Below are positions 9,321 through 19,445 of a DNA stretch of 32,000 nt, piece by piece (within the stretch, counting starts at the first letter, position 1; every line of letters starts with the position of its first letter). Where the stretch lies: contig JAIZWK010000001.1 in the NCBI GenBank assembly GCA_021498095.1, positions 4,286,768-4,318,767 of the forward strand, given 5' to 3'. This DNA is from Candidatus Harpocratesius repetitus (lineage in GTDB: Archaea > Asgardarchaeota > Lokiarchaeia > Sigyniarchaeales > Promethearchaeaceae). Below the pieces are notes generated by a model. It searched no databases and was not told the origin of the DNA. It saw only the letters and a list, made by a program, of their open reading frames with translations. A program made the translations under genes and the position numbers.

Positions 9321-10982
9321 TTACATCATACCAGGAGGCATTCCACCCATGCCACCCATACCACCCATACCACCAGGTGCTCCACCAGCAGGACCTTCAG
9401 ATCGGGCACCTGCTATTATATCATCAATTCGTAAAATCATTTGAGCACTTTCTGAAGCGGATTTAATCGCTTGCTTTTTCACAGCAACAGGCTCAATGAC
9501 ATCAATTTTAGTCATATCATCTTCAACTTTCATATCTTCCAAATTTAAACCTGCATATTTCTTGCCTTCACCATGAGCGGCTCGGATTTTCATAAGCATT
9601 TCAATTTGATCTAAACCTGCATTTTCTGCTAATGTTTTTGGAATGATATCCATGGAATCAGCAAAAACCTCTACAGCTAATTGCTCACGACCCTCTAAGG
9701 TTTCAGCAAACTTGCGTAATCCTTTTGCGACTTCAGCTTCAGGAGCACCACCTCCACCCAAAATGCTTGGTTCTTCAATGCAGTCTTTAACTACTGAAAG
9801 AGCATCGTGAATAGAACGCTCCGTTTCATCTACAATCAAATCAGTACCACCTCGAATGAATATCACAACGGATTTTGGATGCTTGCATTGCTCGATAAAC
9901 ACCCAATTTTCATTCATTACCTTGCGTTCTTCAACTAATCCTGCAAATCCAAGACCATCTGCAGACATATCATCTAAGTTAGAATATATTACACCACCTG
10001 TTGCTTTAGACAACTTTTCTAAATCAGATTTTTTAACACGACGAACTGCTGCAATTCCTTTCTTTACTAAGAAATGTTGTGCCATATCATCAATACCTTT
10101 CTGGCAAATAACCACATTTGCTCCTGTAGCTGCAATTTTATCAACTAAATCTTGAAGCATCTGTTGTTCTTGGTCTAGAAAGGCGTTTATTTGTTCAGGA
10201 CTTGTAATTTGAAGTTTCGCATCAAATTCAGTTTTTTCAACTTCCACAGCGGCAGAAATTAAAAGAATTTTGGCGTTTTCTACCCTTTTAGGCATTCCAG
10301 AATTCACTATTTCTTTATCTAATATAATTCCTGAAATAAATTTAGTTTCTTCGATGGAATCGCCTTCTTTCTTCTGAATTTGAATTCGGTCTAAATCAAC
10401 AGTATTTTGACCTTCAACTTCTTCACGAACAGCTAAACAAGCATTCACAACAATATCTGCAATTAAATCATCATACTCGTGAATGATTTTAGAACTCATT
10501 GAAGTTTTTGCTGCTTTCTTCAACATATCTTTATCAGTTGGTGAAATTTTTGTTGCCATTCCATCTAAAATTTCAAGTGCCTTATTTGCGGCTTTTCGAA
10601 AACCCTCGGTAATTACAGTAGGATGAATCTTTTGATCGAGCAATTTCTCTGCCCGTTTCAACAATTCACCAGCTAATATAACAGAAGTTGTGGTTCCATC
10701 ACCCGTTTCTTCATCCTGAGTTTTCGCGACTTCCACCATCATTTTAGCTGCTGGATGCTCCACTGAAATTTCTTTTAAAATAGTTGCACCATCATTAGTG
10801 ATTGTGACATCTCCGAACTGATCGATTAACATTTTATCCATGCCTCTTGGGCCAAGTGATGATCGAACAGCTTCAGCAATGGTTTTTGCTGCGAGTATAT
10901 TATTTCGGGACGCGTCTTTACCGCTTGTGCGTTCCGAACCTTCTTTTAAGATAAGTACTGGAGTTCCTCCGAGTTGTGACAT
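9321..10982 (-). CDS. Thermosome subunit (group II chaperonin)
   Basis: [32 protein letters not shown], and a C-terminal GGM-repeat tail. SD GAGGT 7 nt upstream of the start. Confidence 0.98.
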   Translation of the reverse strand: MSQLGGTPVLILKEGSERTSGKDASRNNILAAKTIAEAVRSSLGPRGMDKMLIDQFGDVTITNDGATILKEISVEHPAAKMMVEVAKTQDEETGDGTTTSVILAGELLKRAEKLLDQKIHPTVITEGFRKAANKALEILDGMATKISPTDKDMLKKAAKTSMSSKIIHEYDDLIADIVVNACLAVREEVEGQNTVDLDRIQIQKKEGDSIEETKFISGIILDKEIVNSGMPKRVENAKILLISAAVEVEKTEFDAKLQITSPEQINAFLDQEQQMLQDLVDKIAATGANVVICQKGIDDMAQHFLVKKGIAAVRRVKKSDLEKLSKATGGVIYSNLDDMSADGLGFAGLVEERKVMNENWVFIEQCKHPKSVVIFIRGGTDLIVDETERSIHDALSVVKDCIEEPSILGGGGAPEAEVAKGLRKFAETLEGREQLAVEVFADSMDIIPKTLAENAGLDQIEMLMKIRAAHGEGKKYAGLNLEDMKVEDDMTKIDVIEPVAVKKQAIKSASESAQMILRIDDIIAGARSEGPAGGAPGGMGGMGGMGGMPPGMM

Positions 10983-11036
10983 ATTTTTTACCTCAATACA
11001 ATTTTATGGATCTGAGGAAGTCTAAGTCACCAAAAA

Positions 11037-11050
11037 TTTTAAACTTTTTT
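11037..11050 (-). promoter_or_regulatory. BRE/TATA promoter of the thermosome gene
   Basis: Minus strand AAAAAAG-TTTAAAA, about 55 nt upstream of the ATG. Confidence 0.5.
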
Positions 11051-11275
11051 TCTTAGATCAAAACTTCTTAATATTAACAGTCTAATTACTGTTGGAGAAA
11101 TAGGATAAAAAAGTATATTTTATCTAATTTGAAATAAAATTGATTTTCATGGAAAAAAGCAGTAATAAAAAGAAAGCTTTTATACAATGCTAAAACAAAG
11201 AATAGAATAGATCGATAATCCGACTGCTTTGGAAAATAGTATAATGATCAAAATATTCCAATTAGTTGGAAATTT

Positions 11276-13288
11276 ATGAAGGAAGAATCAAAAATGGTTG
11301 AGAAATTTGGATATTTTGGGAAAATATTGTGGGTGAATTTAAGTACTCATGAAATTAATGAGCGTGAAATTCCAGAAGAATGGTATCACCAATATTTAGG
11401 AGGATATGGTCTAGCAGCGCGTATTTTATTTGAAGAAATTCCGTTTGATGCTGATCCATTGGGACCTGATAATATATTGGCATTTATGCCAGGATTATTG
11501 ACAGGAACAACTACACCATTTACAGGACGGTATATGGTTTGCGGTAAAAGTCCATTATCAGGTGGTTGGGGGGATTCAAATAGTGGAGGAACGTTTGGTC
11601 CTGAAATTAAAAGATGTGGATATGATGGAATTATTTTTGTAGGAAAAAGTGAAAAACCAGTTTATCTTTTGATAAAAGAAGGGAAAGCAACGATTGAGGA
11701 TGCATCTTCTTTATGGGGTAAAGACGCTATAGAAACTGACGAACTTTTAAGAATTAAACATGGAAATAGAATCCGAGTTGCAGCTATTGGCATGGCAGGA
11801 GAAAATTTAATTCGCAATGCGGGAATAGTAAACGATAAAGGGCGTATTGCTGCGCGCTCTGGTTTAGGAGCAGTAATGGGATCGAAAAAATTGAAGGCAG
11901 TAGCCTTAATTGGGGCTACCAAATATCCTTATAAGAATAAGAACTCTGTAATTCAAATGACTAAAGAATACAAGGATAAAATGAAATTTAAGGATTTAAT
12001 GTCGCGTGTGATGATGAAATTCAATAACATCCTACCAGGGATGATGCGCCTGATTAAAATGGACCTCTTTTTGACAGAAGGGATGCAGGTAACCATGATG
12101 TCAAAATATGGAACGGGGTTAAGTACCGCAATTTCTTCAGAAGTGGGAGATGCACCTGTGAAGAACTGGAATGGTGTGGGTTATATTGATTTTCCCCAAA
12201 AAAAGGTCAGAAATCTTACTGCACAAAATCTTGAACAATGGAAAGTGAAACCTTATGGATGTTTCTCGTGTCCTCTAAGATGTGGAGCTATTCTATCAGT
12301 GCCTGAATTAAATTTGAAAGAAACCCATCGTCCAGAATATGAAACAGCCACAGCATTTGGGGCATTAATTTTAAATGATGATGTAAATACTCTGCTTAAG
12401 GTGAATGAATATTTAAATCGAGCAGGATATGATTCAATTTCAGCTGGCGGTGTTGTTGCTTTTGCGATTGAGTGTTTTGAAAACGGAATTATAACAAAAG
12501 AAGATACGGGAGGTCTTGAGATTGGATGGGGTAAATCAGAGAGTATTATGCCATTACTTGAAATGATTGTAAAGCGCGAGCACATTGGAGCGATATTAGC
12601 AGATGGAGTCAAAATTGCAGCAGAAAAAATAGGAAAAGGTGCAGAAAAATATGCAGTTCATGCAAATGGTCAAGAATTACCGATGCATGACAGCAAATTC
12701 GGTCCAAGTTTAGCCACAACATATGTATCCGATCCCACTCCAGGGCGACATACGGCAGCAAGTATAGATTTTATGGAGGTTGGACCAATTGGGAAATTTA
12801 TTAAAGGTCTTAAAATACCAAAGTCAAAGAAGCATAAGTACAATTCAAAAGGTCCCGCTCAAGCATTCATGGCAAAAATACACCAAACAGTCAATGCTCT
12901 TGGATTCTGTAATTTTGCAACATGGTCAGGTAATATTCGATTGCTTGATTTTATTTTCCAAGCAACGGGAATACAGTTAACAAACGATGATTTGATTAAA
13001 ATTGGATATCGTATTCAAACTCTACGACAAGCATTTAATGCAAAACACGGTGCAATTCAACATCAAATTAATACTCGTGCACTAGGAATTCCACCAATGG
13101 AAAAGGGACCTCTAAAAGGAATAACATTAGATATAAAAACCATGGTAAGGGATTATTATGAATCAATGAATTGGGACCCTGAAACGGGAATCCCAACTAA
13201 TTCTGTTTTGGAACATCTTGAATTAGATTTTGCAAAAACCTCGCTAAAGTTAAATACTAAGAACACCACTATAGTAATGTTACCTTAA
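11276..13288 (+). CDS. aor: Tungsten-dependent aldehyde:ferredoxin oxidoreductase family protein
   Basis: GKSPLSG...SNSGG, AAIGMAGE, AARSGLGAVMGSKKLKA, C..CPLRC, EYET, DSIS.G and later Cys ligand. Alternative start ATG 11294. Confidence 0.95.
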   Translation: MKEESKMVEKFGYFGKILWVNLSTHEINEREIPEEWYHQYLGGYGLAARILFEEIPFDADPLGPDNILAFMPGLLTGTTTPFTGRYMVCGKSPLSGGWGDSNSGGTFGPEIKRCGYDGIIFVGKSEKPVYLLIKEGKATIEDASSLWGKDAIETDELLRIKHGNRIRVAAIGMAGENLIRNAGIVNDKGRIAARSGLGAVMGSKKLKAVALIGATKYPYKNKNSVIQMTKEYKDKMKFKDLMSRVMMKFNNILPGMMRLIKMDLFLTEGMQVTMMSKYGTGLSTAISSEVGDAPVKNWNGVGYIDFPQKKVRNLTAQNLEQWKVKPYGCFSCPLRCGAILSVPELNLKETHRPEYETATAFGALILNDDVNTLLKVNEYLNRAGYDSISAGGVVAFAIECFENGIITKEDTGGLEIGWGKSESIMPLLEMIVKREHIGAILADGVKIAAEKIGKGAEKYAVHANGQELPMHDSKFGPSLATTYVSDPTPGRHTAASIDFMEVGPIGKFIKGLKIPKSKKHKYNSKGPAQAFMAKIHQTVNALGFCNFATWSGNIRLLDFIFQATGIQLTNDDLIKIGYRIQTLRQAFNAKHGAIQHQINTRALGIPPMEKGPLKGITLDIKTMVRDYYESMNWDPETGIPTNSVLEHLELDFAKTSLKLNTKNTTIVMLP

Positions 13289-13454
13289 CACTAAAATATA
13301 GTGTGTGAATTTTAGGTGATTTTTGAGTTTTTTTTTTGCATTCTTTTTTATACCTCTGGAAATCCTTTAGAGCTCCTTTGGGAATTTTTTTATCTATAAA
13401 TTCTTTAATCAAATTATATAAAAAGAAAAGAAAATAATAATAATTAACAAAAAA

Positions 13455-13727
13455 ATGAAAATTATTGTGAATTTGGCGGGAAGTTTTGGATTAAAGAGCA
13501 TTAATTCAGAGGTATCAATAGATTTAAAGGAAAATGCAAATGTTGAAGAATTGTTACAAGCATTACGCCGACTACTAAAAATAAAAGTATTTTCTGTTAA
13601 AGGAATGAAATCAAATTTTATTGTTGTTATGATTAATGGAGAGAGAATTGACCCAAAATTTGCTAAAAACCGTAATATTTGCGAATCAGATTATATCAGC
13701 ATTGTTCAACCAATTCAAGGTGGTTAA
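13455..13727 (+). CDS. MoaD/ThiS ubiquitin-like sulfur carrier
   Basis: 90 aa, C-terminal GG, ING...D.I.I..PI.GG pattern, directly downstream of aor. Confidence 0.9.
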   Translation: MKIIVNLAGSFGLKSINSEVSIDLKENANVEELLQALRRLLKIKVFSVKGMKSNFIVVMINGERIDPKFAKNRNICESDYISIVQPIQGG

Positions 13728-14025
13728 AAGCTTTATTTAATTATATCAAATTCTAATAAATATTAAGTACAGATTAATTATATAAAGTCTATTCTCTTCT
13801 TAAGTATTCAAGATTTCCACTAATAATCGTGAAACTTCAGATATTCTATATCCCCACTACAAAATTATATTCGTGTTCTGGCAATTGAGCAATTAATTAA
13901 ATCAATTAAATTTAAATAAGTAGTGCTCTAGCTAATTAATAAAGAGTGATTTAACTAGACATTTATTTGAAGATAAGAAATGGACTACAAAAATCATTAA
14001 TAAACCGAGAGGTGAAAAAGAGATT

Positions 14026-15246
14026 ATGAGAGTTGCAATCTACAGTGGAACTTTTAAAAAAAATCAAGATGGAGTAGCACGAGCAACATATGAGCTAGTA
14101 AACTCATTACTAGAAGGACATCATAGAATTCTCTTAGGTGCACCTCTTATAACACCACAACACCGAGCTGGATTGGAACTTGTCTTAATCCCATCTTTTC
14201 CATTTAAATTCTATCCGGATTATAGATTCGCACTTCCTTATTATAAATTTTACCGTAAACTTGATGAGTTTCAGCCAGATATTATTCATATCGCGACTCC
14301 AGATCTTATGGGATTAATTACTTTGGTTTATGCTAAAAGGAGAAATATCCCAGTCATATTTATTCACCACACTGATTTTCAATCTTATATGAAGTATTTT
14401 CAAGTTGATTGGTTAGTAAAAACAATGTGGCCAGCTATGGTTGCTGTTTATAATAAAGCCCTTAATGTTTTCGCACCTACTCAGAAATACGTTGATCTTT
14501 TACATCGCAAAGGCGTTAAACATGTAGATATTTGGTCTAGAGGTATTGATCGAAAACAATTTAATCCAAAAAATCGATCAAAAGAACTTAGAAAAGCATG
14601 GAATGCTGAAAATAAAAAAGTCTTTTTATTCGTAGGTCGATTAGTGTGGTATAAAGGATTACGAACTTTTATAAAAATATATAAACAATTTGAAAATCGC
14701 TTAGATAAAGATATGGCATTTGTTTTGATAGGAGATGGCCCAATTAGAGCAACGTTGCAAGCAGAAATGCCAAAAGCGATCTTTACAGGATATCTTCATG
14801 GGGAAAAATTAGGCCAAGCTTATGCTAGTGCAGATGTCTTACTATTTCCTTCCACAACAGAAACATTTGGTCAAGTAATTCAAGAAGCTTTAGCCAGTGG
14901 TTTACCTGTAATTGTCTCAGATAAAGGAGGATGTCAAGAAATTGTCAATCAATCAAAAGGAGGAATTATTGTTCCTTGGAAAAATCTTTCTCTTTGGAAA
15001 GAAGCATGTGAAGTTATGTTATTCGATGAAATACAATATCATAAATATCGTGAATCAGGATTAAAATATGCAGAATCAAGAAATTGGAAAAAATTAAACG
15101 AACAATTAATTCAGAAATATCAAAATTACGCATTTCTCTGGAATCAAAAGCAAAGATTTAATTATCCAGTTCCAATTCAAGAAAAAATAGATTTTATTCG
15201 ATGTGTTGCAGAAGATTTCTCCAGATGGAGTTTCTCAAGAATATAA
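14026..15246 (+). CDS. Glycosyltransferase family 4 (GT-B; MgtA/SqdX-like)
   Basis: GVAR, PDIIHIATP, HHTDF, WSRGID, FVGRL..YKG, ETFGQVIQEALASGLPV. Confidence 0.93.
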   Translation: MRVAIYSGTFKKNQDGVARATYELVNSLLEGHHRILLGAPLITPQHRAGLELVLIPSFPFKFYPDYRFALPYYKFYRKLDEFQPDIIHIATPDLMGLITLVYAKRRNIPVIFIHHTDFQSYMKYFQVDWLVKTMWPAMVAVYNKALNVFAPTQKYVDLLHRKGVKHVDIWSRGIDRKQFNPKNRSKELRKAWNAENKKVFLFVGRLVWYKGLRTFIKIYKQFENRLDKDMAFVLIGDGPIRATLQAEMPKAIFTGYLHGEKLGQAYASADVLLFPSTTETFGQVIQEALASGLPVIVSDKGGCQEIVNQSKGGIIVPWKNLSLWKEACEVMLFDEIQYHKYRESGLKYAESRNWKKLNEQLIQKYQNYAFLWNQKQRFNYPVPIQEKIDFIRCVAEDFSRWSFSRI

Positions 15247-15287
15247 TATTACTTATACTTATTTTTTTTTATTTTGAATTTATTTAA

Positions 15288-15576
15288 GAAGCTCTAGCAA
15301 TTTTTTTTATCTTAATCAAATTCTATCTTTTGGACCAATATTCTCGACAATATTCCAGCGCATCCAATTACTATTTGAGTTGGCAATTTTAAAACATTAA
15401 ATGCGGTCAAGAATTTCACATTTCCATCATTTTTCTTTTAATTATTGACTTATTTATATATATTTTTCTTAAAAGATTTTTCGACAATTTTAAAATTGGG
15501 ATAGATTTGGAGTTTATGGATAAATGATGCAAGATTTCCGAATTTTCTTCAATTTTTCGAATTCTGCTATAACCTC
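15288..15576. mobile_element. MITE-like element, copy 2 (289 bp)
   Basis: Ends GAAGCTCTAGCA...TGCTATAACCTC, flanked by TTAA (15284-15287 and 15577-15580). Inverted near-identical copy of 5446-5734. Confidence 0.9.
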
Positions 15577-15627
15577 TTAATTATTACCAAAATATATTTA
15601 TGAGCACCATTTCCATTTTATATTAAG

Positions 15628-16140
15628 ATGCCATTCTTTGGAAAGTTAGCAACTTTTGGATTTGCTTCTATTTCACAATATACATTTAAGTGGATAATTG
15701 ATCATTTTCCAGATGGTAGTACAATGCTAGAATTAGGTTCTGGAAATGCTACAAAAGAGTTTACTGATCACTATAATGTTTATTCAATTGAACATAATCC
15801 AAATTGGATTGGAAAATTCCCCACTCACTATATTTTCGCCCCAATTAAAGATTACGGCGATTACAAATGGTATGATATCCAAAAAATTCAAGAACAATTA
15901 CCGTCTCACTATGATTTCATTTTAGTTGATGGTCCACCAAAAAAAATTGGACGTGAGGGTTTTCTTCATAATCTACATCTTTTTAATACTGAAGTTCCAA
16001 TGATTTTTGATGACGCAAATCGAGAGGGTGAATTTGAATTAATTCAAAAAGTAGCAACAAAATTACAATATCCTTATAAGATTATAAAACATGGTGTCAG
16101 GAAGAAAATAGGTATTATTTCACATAAAGAAATTGAATAA
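15628..16140 (+). CDS. Putative class I SAM-dependent methyltransferase-like protein
   Basis: MLELGSG (motif I), YSIEH, DFILVDGP, IFDDANR. Confidence 0.7.
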   Translation: MPFFGKLATFGFASISQYTFKWIIDHFPDGSTMLELGSGNATKEFTDHYNVYSIEHNPNWIGKFPTHYIFAPIKDYGDYKWYDIQKIQEQLPSHYDFILVDGPPKKIGREGFLHNLHLFNTEVPMIFDDANREGEFELIQKVATKLQYPYKIIKHGVRKKIGIISHKEIE

Positions 16141-16155
16141 AGAAAATTAAAAACA

Positions 16156-16539
16156 TCATTCAGTGGTGAATTTTTTCTTTAAATCAATCAAAGAATTGGA
16201 ATTTGGCTGAATTAATTCCTCAGCTTCTCTCGATGTTTTATATTTTTCTTCTAATTTATTTTTTCGTTGAATAAAAAGGGATTCATTAATCGATTCATGG
16301 GGAATATCTAATGAAAACTTACGAGAAAGAGGTGAAATTTCTCGATTAATCGATGGATTCATCGTAAAAAGCGGATTTCTATTAAGATCAATCCGAGAAA
16401 GATAATATTCTTTGTAAGGAACTGGCATGGGAATTTCACGAGGTGCAGGATGAATTAACTGAGTTGGAGGTTTAATTCCCATATTTTTTGCACAATGAGG
16501 GCAGTTTTCAATAGGTAATCCATGCATACAAAAATTCAT
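16156..16539 (-). CDS. Hypothetical protein with N-terminal CxH-x6-CxxC putative Zn site
   Basis: MNFCMHGLPIENCPHC; 127-aa ORF filling the gap between genes. Confidence 0.7.
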   Translation of the reverse strand: MNFCMHGLPIENCPHCAKNMGIKPPTQLIHPAPREIPMPVPYKEYYLSRIDLNRNPLFTMNPSINREISPLSRKFSLDIPHESINESLFIQRKNKLEEKYKTSREAEELIQPNSNSLIDLKKKFTTE

Positions 16540-16886
16540 AGCGTCTCATACTAAAAAAGAATTCAAAACATTTAATTTTCTCCATTAGATATCTTTTGAT
16601 ACTAATACATTCAGGAAAAGTGGTTTTGATGTCTTTACAAATAAATAAATTTTGGATTTCATCTAAATCTATATATATAATATTAGTTATAGAATTAAGA
16701 TGAATTTATGATATATTGAAGTTGATCCTCAATTTTCTTCCAATGTGAGATAAACAATCATAATTTTCGCAAATAATTAAATATTCTCAAATCTAAAAAT
16801 AAATATAATAGTTTAGGTTTAGGTTGTATCTCTTTTTCTATTTATTTATCATTTAAAGTTAATTACCGTAAAGTTGTGAACAAAAC

Positions 16887-18524
16887 ATGGAAAATTCAAA
16901 AAAAATTAAATCAATGAATGATCTAGGCACACCCAGACCTTCTCATAAAGCATATGTTGTAAGGAATTATAAAACAGTAAGCAGACAGCAGAGAGAGCGC
17001 GTTTTAAAAGAAACAGAATATAATATGTTTTCATTTCCAGCAGATCTATTATACTTGGATTATTTATCTGATAGCGGGACCACTTCTATGACAGATTTGC
17101 AGTGGGCAGCCTTGTTTTTGGGAGATGAATCATATGGAAGAAATCGAGGCTATTACGTATTACTGGAAGCATTTCGAGATACATTTGAACGGGGAGATAA
17201 TCCTGTCAAACCAATTGATTTGATTATGAAAGGCGAAGATGATGTAGACGTTCTTATGGATGAATTATACCTTAAAAGTTATCAAGGTGGATTTGTTAAT
17301 GGAGGAAAATTTCAATTAATGCGCCCGAATACCTTCATTTGCCCACAAGGAAGAGTTGCAGAACATCTTCTATTTTCGACTCTTGCAGAAATATTACATG
17401 AAATTGATCCCACAAAACATTATGCTATTCCAAATAATGGCCATTTTGACACAACTGGCGCCAATATAAGGGCAGTCCAAATAGATCCGATTAATGTTTT
17501 CGATAAAAAAATTGTATTGGAAGAATTTCCTGTTTCAGATTTATCAAAAACAAATCCCTTCAAGGGAAATATGGATATTGAACAACTGGAATCAATTATT
17601 CAAGAACGGGGTGCGGATAGTATTCCTTTGATCTACTTGACTATTACAAACAATTCAGTAGCGGGACAACCTGTATCAATGGCAAATATTAAAGCAGTGA
17701 AAAACATTGCAGATAAATACAGTATTCCCCTATTCTTCGACGCTTGTAGATTCGCCGAAAATGCATATTTCATTCGCGAATTTGAAGAAGGTTACGCAGA
17801 TAAATCAATCAGAACAGTCGTTAAGGAAATGTTTTCATACGCAGATGGTTTTACAATCAGCTTGAAAAAAGATGGTCTTGCTAACATGGGTGGTGCTTTA
17901 TTCCTTAGAGATCAAGGTGTTTTTGTCCAAAAATATTCCCTAAATAATCAAAACGTAGGAATTCGAATAAAAGAAAAACAAATTGTCACTATTGGGAATG
18001 ATTCATATGGTGCGCTAAGCGGACGGGATATAATGGCTTTAGCAATGGGTTTGTACGAAATTGTTAAAGAGTCATATTTACGTAGTCGTGTTGAGCAAAC
18101 ACGATATTTTGCAGCAGAATTAGCTAAACAAAATGTTCCTGTAATCCTTCCTCCAGGTGGTCATGCAGTCTATATTGATATGGATCGATTTTTAGAGGGT
18201 ACTGATCTAACGACTGAAGATTTTGGAGGAGTTGGCTTTACTATCGAATTACTACGTCACTATGGCATACGGGCATGTGAATTAGGCCCTTTTGCGTTTG
18301 AATGGGACCAACGAAGCGAGGAAGAACGAAAAGGGATTTTAAATTTAGTTCGTTTTGCAATACCTAGAAATGCATATAGTAAAGAGGATATTGATTACAC
18401 CGTAGCAGCTGTAGTAGAACTTTACAAAAATAAAGAATTAGTTCCAAAGGTACGCATTTCTCGTGGTAAGAAATTAAGTTTACGACATTTTCAAACAGGT
18501 TTAGAGCCAATATATAAAAATTAA
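16887..18524 (+). CDS. tnaA: Tryptophanase-like PLP beta-eliminating lyase, long form
   Basis: DYLSDSGT, GDESY, QGR.AE, HFDTT, DACRFAEN, SLKKD (PLP Lys), RFAIPR. ELG rather than the ERG of tyrosine phenol-lyase favours tryptophanase. Confidence 0.8.
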   Translation: MENSKKIKSMNDLGTPRPSHKAYVVRNYKTVSRQQRERVLKETEYNMFSFPADLLYLDYLSDSGTTSMTDLQWAALFLGDESYGRNRGYYVLLEAFRDTFERGDNPVKPIDLIMKGEDDVDVLMDELYLKSYQGGFVNGGKFQLMRPNTFICPQGRVAEHLLFSTLAEILHEIDPTKHYAIPNNGHFDTTGANIRAVQIDPINVFDKKIVLEEFPVSDLSKTNPFKGNMDIEQLESIIQERGADSIPLIYLTITNNSVAGQPVSMANIKAVKNIADKYSIPLFFDACRFAENAYFIREFEEGYADKSIRTVVKEMFSYADGFTISLKKDGLANMGGALFLRDQGVFVQKYSLNNQNVGIRIKEKQIVTIGNDSYGALSGRDIMALAMGLYEIVKESYLRSRVEQTRYFAAELAKQNVPVILPPGGHAVYIDMDRFLEGTDLTTEDFGGVGFTIELLRHYGIRACELGPFAFEWDQRSEEERKGILNLVRFAIPRNAYSKEDIDYTVAAVVELYKNKELVPKVRISRGKKLSLRHFQTGLEPIYKN

Positions 18525-18644
18525 AGTGATAATTTTAAAAAAAAGCAAATTTTTTCTCTTTTTAAATTCAACTAAAATTGAAGCAAAATTTTCTTTTTTC
18601 AACAAAATTTATAAAGTAACTGAATTGCTGGAAGTCTGAAATAG

Positions 18645-19355
18645 ATGCGATTTGAAATTAAACCAAAAACAACAAATAGTGAAGGAAACTCACCCATTTC
18701 AAATGATAAACTTGCTATCATCAAAACATTAAACAGTAAAACCAGACTTGAAGCATTACTTCTGCTTTTTATCTATCGCAAATTAAGCTTAACTAATATC
18801 AGCGAAATCCTGCATAAATCTAAAAATACAATAATTTATCATATGCGCTTGCTAAATGAACAGGGATTGATTACTGAATTGACTGAAAAAGAAGAGCATT
18901 CCATAAAACCCATAAAGTATTTTGTTTTACATCCAGAATTTCACAAGAAATTATACGAACCATTTGAAAAATTGGATAAATCCTCGACTGCAGATATTCT
19001 AAATTACTCTAAAACAATTTTCAAATATAACATCCTTCTATTTGAGACAATTCGAGAATTTCTTCATCAATTGGGGGAATTCTATAATCAAAACCAACAG
19101 CAAATTCACTCAAGCGAAGAAGCACTTCAATTTCATCAAACACACCAAGTCCCTCGAGATTTAATTCCTCTTTCTGAACAAGCATTTCAACAGTATAGAA
19201 AGGATTATGCAGAATTAATGAAAAAGACATTATCTAATATAGATAAAGAAAAACTTGAAGATACTCACGTTATTCACCCTTATCTGGCTTTCAATACGGT
19301 AATTCCTCTAAAAACATTATTTGAATTCCGTACATCAAAGTTAGAAAAAAAGTGA
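18645..19355 (+). CDS. ArsR-like winged-helix transcriptional regulator
   Basis: LNSKTRLEALLLL...LSLTNISEILHKSKNTIIYHMRLLNEQGLI wHTH pattern. Confidence 0.8.
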   Translation: MRFEIKPKTTNSEGNSPISNDKLAIIKTLNSKTRLEALLLLFIYRKLSLTNISEILHKSKNTIIYHMRLLNEQGLITELTEKEEHSIKPIKYFVLHPEFHKKLYEPFEKLDKSSTADILNYSKTIFKYNILLFETIREFLHQLGEFYNQNQQQIHSSEEALQFHQTHQVPRDLIPLSEQAFQQYRKDYAELMKKTLSNIDKEKLEDTHVIHPYLAFNTVIPLKTLFEFRTSKLEKK

Positions 19356-19445
19356 ACAAATTTAGTAAATTTGAACTTAATTAATGTCATCTATATTATA
19401 TGTGAATATCATTTCATTAATAAAATTCAAATAGATTGATTAAAT

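Noticed and set aside
9325-9375. 9-bp tandem repeats at the thermosome 3' end
   Set aside because: Ordinary GGM tail of chaperonins.
13367-13934. MITE-TIR-like words TTAGAGCTCC (13367-13376) and GTGCTCTAGCTA (13923-13934)
   Set aside because: They face outward, have no partner end at 289 bp and no internal similarity to the element.
16560-16886. TnaC-like Trp leader peptide upstream of the tryptophanase
   Set aside because: I found no convincing short Trp-containing ORF with a start codon in the intergenic region.
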